Source: Auanema rhodensis | Taxonomy: Eukaryota > Animalia > Nematoda | Length of the DNA: 64,000 nt | NCBI GenBank assembly: GCA_964057225.1 | Contig: OZ059894.1 | Location: forward strand, 18,042,001 to 18,106,000 | Direction of reading: 5' to 3' | Part shown: in pieces, positions 57,680 through 64,000 of the stretch | Layout: each line of letters begins with the position of its first letter | Numbering within the stretch: position 1 is the stretch's first letter | The notes under the pieces: generated by a model | Seen by the model: the letters and a program-made list of their open reading frames with translations, nothing else | Database searches by the model: none | Told to the model about the DNA's origin: nothing | Translations under genes and position numbers: made by a program

Positions 57680-60600
57680 TACCATGTGCACATCACGTGT
57701 ACATTTAATTAGCATAAATTAAAGTTCACGTAAATTTCAAAGTCATGGTTACCATGCACCAGAATCAATGAAAATTTGTTTTTGGACTAATATGGCCATA
57801 GGGAATTTAATTTTGAAAACGGCATCTCTTCATCTTTGAGTTACATACCATGTGTACATCACGTGTACATTTAATTAGCATAAATTAAAGTTCACGTAAA
57901 TTTTAAAGTCATGGTTACCATGCACCAATATCCATAAAAATTTGTTTTTAGACTAATATGGACATGGGGAATCTAATTTTGAAAACCGCATCTCTTTATC
58001 TTTTACGGGAAGCGAGTTACATACCATGTGTAAATCACGTGTACATTTAATTAGCATAAATTAAAGTTCACGTAAATTTCAAAGTCATGGTTACCATGCG
58101 CCTATATCAATAAAAATTTGTTTTTAGTCTAATATGGCCATGGGGAATCTAATTTTGAAAACCGCATCTCTTTATCTTTTACGGGAAGCGAGTTACATAC
58201 CATGTGTAAATCACGTGTACATTTAATTAGCATAAATTAAAGTTCACGTAAATTTCAAAGTCATGGTTACCATGCACCTATATCAATAAAAATTTGTTTT
58301 CAGTCTAATATGGAAATGGTGAATCTAATTTTGAAAACCGCATCTCTTCATCTTTTACGGGAAGCGAGTTACATACCATGTGCAGATCACGTGTACATTT
58401 AATTAGCATAAATTAAAGTTCACGTAAATTTCAAAGTCATGGTTACCATGCACCAGTATCAATGAAAATTTGTTTTTGGACTAATATGGCCATAGGGAAT
58501 TTAATTTTGAAAACGGCATCTCTTCATCTTTGAGTTACATACCATGTGTACATCACGTGTACATTTAATTAGCATAAATTAAAGTTCACGTAAATTTTAA
58601 AGTCATGGTTACCATGCACCAATATCCATAAAAATGTTTTTAGACTAATATGGACATGGGGAATCTAATTTTGAAAACCGCATCTCTTTATCTTTCACGG
58701 GAAGCGAGTTACATATCATGTGCACATCACGTGTACATTTAATTAGCATAAATTGAAGTTCACGTACATTTCAAAGTCATGGTTACCATGCACCTATATC
58801 AATAAAAATTTGTTTTCAGTCTAATATGGAAATGGGGAATCTAATTTTGAAAACCGCATCTTTTTATCTTTTACGGGAAACGAGTTACATATCATGTGTA
58901 CATCACGTGTACATTTAATTAGCATAAATTAAAGTTCACGTAAATTTCAAAGTCATGGTTACCATGCACCTATATCAATAAAAATTTATTTTCAGTCTAA
59001 TATGGAAATGGTGAATCTAATTTTGAAAACCGCATCTCTTTATCTTTTACGGGAAGCGAGTTACATACCATGTGCACATCACGTGTATATTTAATTAGCA
59101 TAAATTAAAGTTCACGTAAATTTCAAAGTCATGGTTACCATGGACCAGTATCAATGAAAATTTGTTTTTGGACTAATATGGCCATAGGGAATTTAATTTT
59201 GAAAACGGCATCTCTTCATCTTTGAGTTACATACCATGTGTACATCACGTGTACATTTAATTAGCATAAATTAAAGTTCACGTAAATTTTAAAGTCATGG
59301 TTACCATGCACCAATATCCATAAAAATTTGTTTTTAGACTAATATGGAAATGGGGAATCTAATTTTGAAAACCGCATCTCTTTATCTTTTACGGGAAGCG
59401 AGTTACATACCATGTGCACATCACGTGTACATTTAATTAGCATAAATTAAAGTTCACGTAAATTTCAAAGTCATGGTTACCTTGCACCAGTATCAATGAA
59501 AATTTGTTTTCGGACTAATATGGCCATGGGGAATCTAATTTTGAAAACCGCATCTCTTTATCTTTTACGGAAAGCGAGTTACATACCATGTGCCCATCAC
59601 GTGTACATTTAATTAGCATAAATTAAAGTTCACGTAAATTTTAAAGTCATGGTTACCATGCACCAATAACCATAAAAATTTGTTTTTAGACTAATATGGA
59701 CATGGGGAATCTAACTTTGAAAACCGCATCTCTTTATCTCTCACGGGAAGCGAGTTACATACCATGTGCCCATCACGTGTACATTTAATTAGCATAAATT
59801 AAAGTTCACGTAAATTTTAAAGTCATGGTTACCATGCACCAATATCCATAAAAATTTGTTTTTAGACTAATATGGACATGGGGAATCTAACTTTGAAAAC
59901 CGCATCTCTTTATCTTTCACGGGAAGCGAGTTACATACCATGTGCACAGCACGTGTACATTTAATTAGCATAAATTAAAGTTCACGTAAATTTCAAAGTC
60001 ATGGTTACCATGCACCTATATCAATAAAAATTTGTTTTCAGTCTAATATGGAAATGGGGAATCTAATTTTGAAAACCGCATCTCTTTATCTTTTACCGGA
60101 AACGAGTTACATATCATGTGTACATCACGTGTACATTTAATTAGCATAAATTAAAGTTCACGTAAATTTCAAAGTCATGGTTACCATGCGCCTATATCAA
60201 TAAAAATTTGTTTTTAGTCTAATATGGCCATGGGGAATCTAATTATGAAAACCGCATCTCTTTATCTTTTACGGGAAGCGAGTTACATACCATGTGTAAA
60301 TCACGTGTACATTTAATTAGCATAAATTAAAGTTCACGTAAATTTCAAAGTCATGGTTACCATGCACCTATATCAATAAAAATTTGTTTTCAGTCTAATA
60401 TGGAAATGGGGAATCTAATTTTGAAAACCGCATCTCTTTATCTTTTACGGGAAGCGAGTTACATACCATGTGCACATCACGTGTACATTTAATTAGCATA
60501 AATTAAAGTTCACGTAAATTTCAAAGTCATGGTTACCATGCACCAGTATCAATGAAAATTTGTTTTTGGACTAATATGGCCATAGGGAATTTAATTTTGA

Positions 60601-63600
60601 AAACGGCATCTCTTCATCTTTGAGTTATATACCATGTGTACATCACGTGTACATTTAATTAGCATAAATTAAAGTTCACGTAAATTTTAAAGTCATGGTT
60701 ACCATGCACCAATATCCATAAAAATTTGTTTTTAGACTAATATGGACATGGGGAATCTAATTTTGAAAACCGCATCTTTTTATCTTTCACGGGAAGCGAG
60801 TTACATATCATGTGCACATCACGTGTACATTTAATTAGCATAAATTAAAGTTCACGTAAATTTCAAAGTCATGGTTACCATGCAGCTATATCAATAAAAA
60901 TTTGTTTTCAGTCTAATATGGAAATGGGGAATCTAATTATGAAAACCGCATCTCTTTATCTTTTACGGGAAGCGAGTTACATACCATGTGTAAATCACGT
61001 GTACATTTAATTAGCATAAATTAAAGTTCACGTAAATTTCAAAGTCATGGTTACCATGCACCTATATCAATAAAAATTTGTTTTCATTCTAATATGGAAA
61101 TGGGGAATCTAATTTTGAAAACCGCATCTCTTTATCTTTTACGGGAAGCGAGTTACATACCATGTGCACATCACGTGTACATTTAATTAGCATAAATTAA
61201 AGTTCACGTAAATTTCAAAGTCATGGTTACCATGCACCAGTATCAATGAAAATTTGTTTTTGGACTAATATGGCCATAGGGAATTTAATTTTGAAAACGG
61301 CATCTCTTCATCTTTGAGTTACATACCATGTGTACATCACGTGTACATTTAATTAGCATAAATTAAAGTTCACGTAAATTTTAAAGTCATGGTTACCATG
61401 CACCAATATCCATAAAAATGTTTTTAGACTAATATGGACATGGGGAATCTAATTTTGAAAACCGCATCTCTTTATCTTTCACGGGAAGCGAGTTACATAT
61501 CATGTGCACATCACGTGTACATTTAATTAGCATAAATTAAAGTTCACGTACATTTCAAAGTCATGGTTACCATGCGCCTATATCAATAAAAATTTGTTTT
61601 TAGTCTAATATGGCCATGGGGAATCTAATTTTGAAAACCGCATCTCTTTATCTTTTACGGGAAGCGAGTTACATACCATGTGCACATCACGTGTATATTT
61701 AATTAGCATAAATTAAAGTTCACGTAAATTTCAAAGTCATGGTTACCATGGACCAGTATCAATGAAAATTTGTTTTTGGACTAATATGGCCATAGGGAAT
61801 TTAATTTTGAAAACGGCATCTCTTCATCTTTGAGTTACATACCATGTGTACATCACGTGTACATTTAATTAGCATAAATTAAAGTTCACGTAAATTTTAA
61901 AGTCATGGTTACCATGCACCAATATCCATAAAAATTTGTTTTTAGACTAATATGGAAATGGGGAATCTAATTTTGAAAACCGCATCTCTTTATCTTTTAC
62001 GGGAAGCGAGTTACATACCATGTGCACATCACGTGTACATTTAATTAGCATAAATTAAAGTTCACGTAAATTTCAAATTCATGGTTACCTTGCACCAGTA
62101 TCAATGAAAATTTGTTTTCGGACTAATATGGCCATGGGGAATCTAATTTTGAAAACCGCATCTCTTTATCTTTTACGGAAAGCGAGTTACATACCATGTG
62201 CCCATCACGTGTACATTTAATTAGCATAAATTAAAGTTCACGTAAATTTTAAAGTCATGGTTACCATGCACCAATAACCATAAAAATTTGTTTTTAGACT
62301 AATATGGACATGGGGAATCTAACTTTGAAAACCGCATCTCTTTATCTTTCACGGGAAGCGAGTTACATACCATGTGCCCATCACGTGTACATTTAATTAG
62401 CATAAATTAAAGTTCACGTAAATTTTAAAGTCATGGTTACCATGCACCAATATCCATAAAAATTTGTTTTTAGACTAATATGGACATGGGGAATCTAACT
62501 TTGAAAACCGCATCTCTTTATCTTTCACGGGAAGCGAGTTACATACCATGTGCACATCACGTGTACATTTATTTAGCATAAATTAAAGTTCACGTAAATT
62601 TCAAAGTCATGGTTACCATGCACCTATATCAATAAAAATTTGTTTTCAGTCTAATATGGAAATGGGGAATCTAATTTTGAAAACCGCATCTCTTTATCTT
62701 TTACCGGAAACGAGTTACATATCATGTGTACATCACGTGTACATTTAATTAGCATAAATTAAAGTTCACGTAAATTTCAAAGTCATGGTTACCATGCGCC
62801 TATATCAATAAAAATTTGTTTTTAGTCTAATATGGCCATGAGGAATCTAATTATGAAAACCGCATCTCTTTATCTTTTACGGGAAGCGAGTTACATACCA
62901 TGTGTAAATCACGTGTACATTTAATTAGCATAAATTAAAGTTCACGTAAATTTCAAAGTCATGGTTACCATGCACCTATATCAATAAAAATTTGTTTTCA
63001 GTCTAATATGGAAATGGGGAATCTAATTTTGAAAACCGCATCTCTTTATCTTTCACGGGAAGCGAGTTACATACCATGTGCCCATCACGTGTACATTTAA
63101 TTAGCATAAATTAAAGTTCACGTAAATTTCAAAGTCATGGTTACCATGCACCAGTATCAATGAAAATTTGTTTTTGGACTAATATGGCCATAGGGAATTT
63201 AATTTTGAAAACGGCATCTCTTCATCTTTGAGTTACATACCATGTGTACATCACGTGTACATTTAATTAGCATAAATTAAAGTTCACGTAAATTTTAAAG
63301 TCATGGTTACCATGCACCAATATCCATAAAAATTTGTTTTTAGACTAATATGGACATGGGGAATCTAATTTTGAAAACCGCATCTCTTTATCTTTCACGG
63401 GAAGCGAGTTACATATTATGTGCACATCACGTGTACATTTAATTAGCATAAATTAAAGTTCACGTAAATTTCAAAGTCATGGTTACCATGCACCTATATC
63501 AATAAAAATTTGTTTTCAGTCTAATATGGAAATGGGGAATCTAATTATGAAAACCGCATCTCTTTATCTTTTACGGGAAGCGAGTTACATACCATGTGTA

Positions 63601-64000
63601 AATCACGTGTACATTTAATTAGCATAAATTAAAGTTCACGTAAATTTCAAAGTCATGGTTACCATGCACCTATATCAATAAAAATTTGTTTTCATTCTAA
63701 TATGGAAATGGGGAATCTAATTTTGAAAACCGCATCTCTTTATCTTTTACGGGAAGCGAGTTACATACCATGTGCACATCACGTGTACATTTAATTAGCA
63801 TAAATTAAAGTTCACGTAAATTTCAAAGTCATGGTTACCATGCACCAGTATCAATGAAAATTTGTTTTTGGACTAATATGGCCATCGGGAATTTAATTTT
63901 GAAAACGGCATCTCTTCATCTTTGAGTTACATACCATGTGTACATCACGTGTACATTTAATTAGCATAAATTAAAGTTCACGTAAATTTTAAAGTCATGG
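57680..64000 (+). repeat. 694-bp tetramer-derived HOR nested in a 2608-bp (15-unit) period
   Basis: 10-bp-deletion junctions at 57838, 58532, 59224, 60622, 61316, 61832, 63230 and 63924. Spacings are 694, 692, 1398, 694, 516, 1398 and 694. The pairs 59224/61832, 60622/63230 and 61316/63924 are each 2608 bp apart. Confidence 0.88.

Larger units (their letters stand above)
1..64000 (+). repeat. 176-bp tandem satellite DNA array (~365 monomers, head-to-tail, single orientation, extends beyond both window edges); candidate centromeric/pericentromeric satellite
   Basis: GTGCACATCACGTGTACATTT recurs at 1, 177, 353 and onward to the end of the window. Monomers differ only by scattered substitutions and a few indels. 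Hand count of the consensus gives 58/176 G+C. Centromeric role is inferred only from unit length and homogeneity. Confidence 0.99.

Noticed and set aside
1-64000. CRISPR array or repeat-spacer system (palindromic conserved part plus variable part)
   Set aside because: The variable part consists of allelic versions of one sequence, not unique spacers. The unit is 176 bp, and there are no cas genes or leader.
1-64000. 5S rDNA, tRNA, snRNA or spliced-leader tandem gene array
   Set aside because: No Pol III A/B/C boxes, cloverleaf or recognisable RNA gene sequence. Copies tolerate 10-, 20- and 106-bp deletions.
1-64000. Transposon insertion, inversion or telomeric repeat within the array
   Set aside because: No non-satellite sequence or strand switch was seen anywhere. 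Every deviation from the 176-bp phase that I checked is explained by small indels.

Overview
The whole 64 kb window is one uninterrupted, head-to-tail tandem array of an AT-rich (~33% GC) 176-bp satellite monomer, about 365 copies, all in the same orientation. Consensus read from the sequence: GTGYACATCACGTGTACATTTAATTAGCATAAATTAAAGTTCACGTAAATTTCAAAGTCATGGTTACCATGCACCTATATCAATAAAAATTTGTTTTTAGACTAATATGGCCATGGGGAATCTAATTTTGAAAACCGCATCTCTTTATCTTTTACGGGAAGCGAGTTACATACCAT. I see no genes, RNA genes, transposon insertions, inversions or CRISPR spacers, and the listed ORFs are artefacts of the repeat. Monomer length, homogeneity and higher-order structure resemble a eukaryotic centromeric or heterochromatic satellite. 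This is an inference, and I do not recognise the family or organism. The informative signal is in the variants: nested, locally changing higher-order repeats (2-, 4-, 11-, 13-, 14-, 15- and 22-mers), long-range block duplications, length variants of 166, 156 and 70 bp, a subfamily boundary near 44.5 kb, and several mutations that create, perfect or compensate short dyad symmetries, in some cases with the intermediate allele still present. All counts and coordinates were read by eye.
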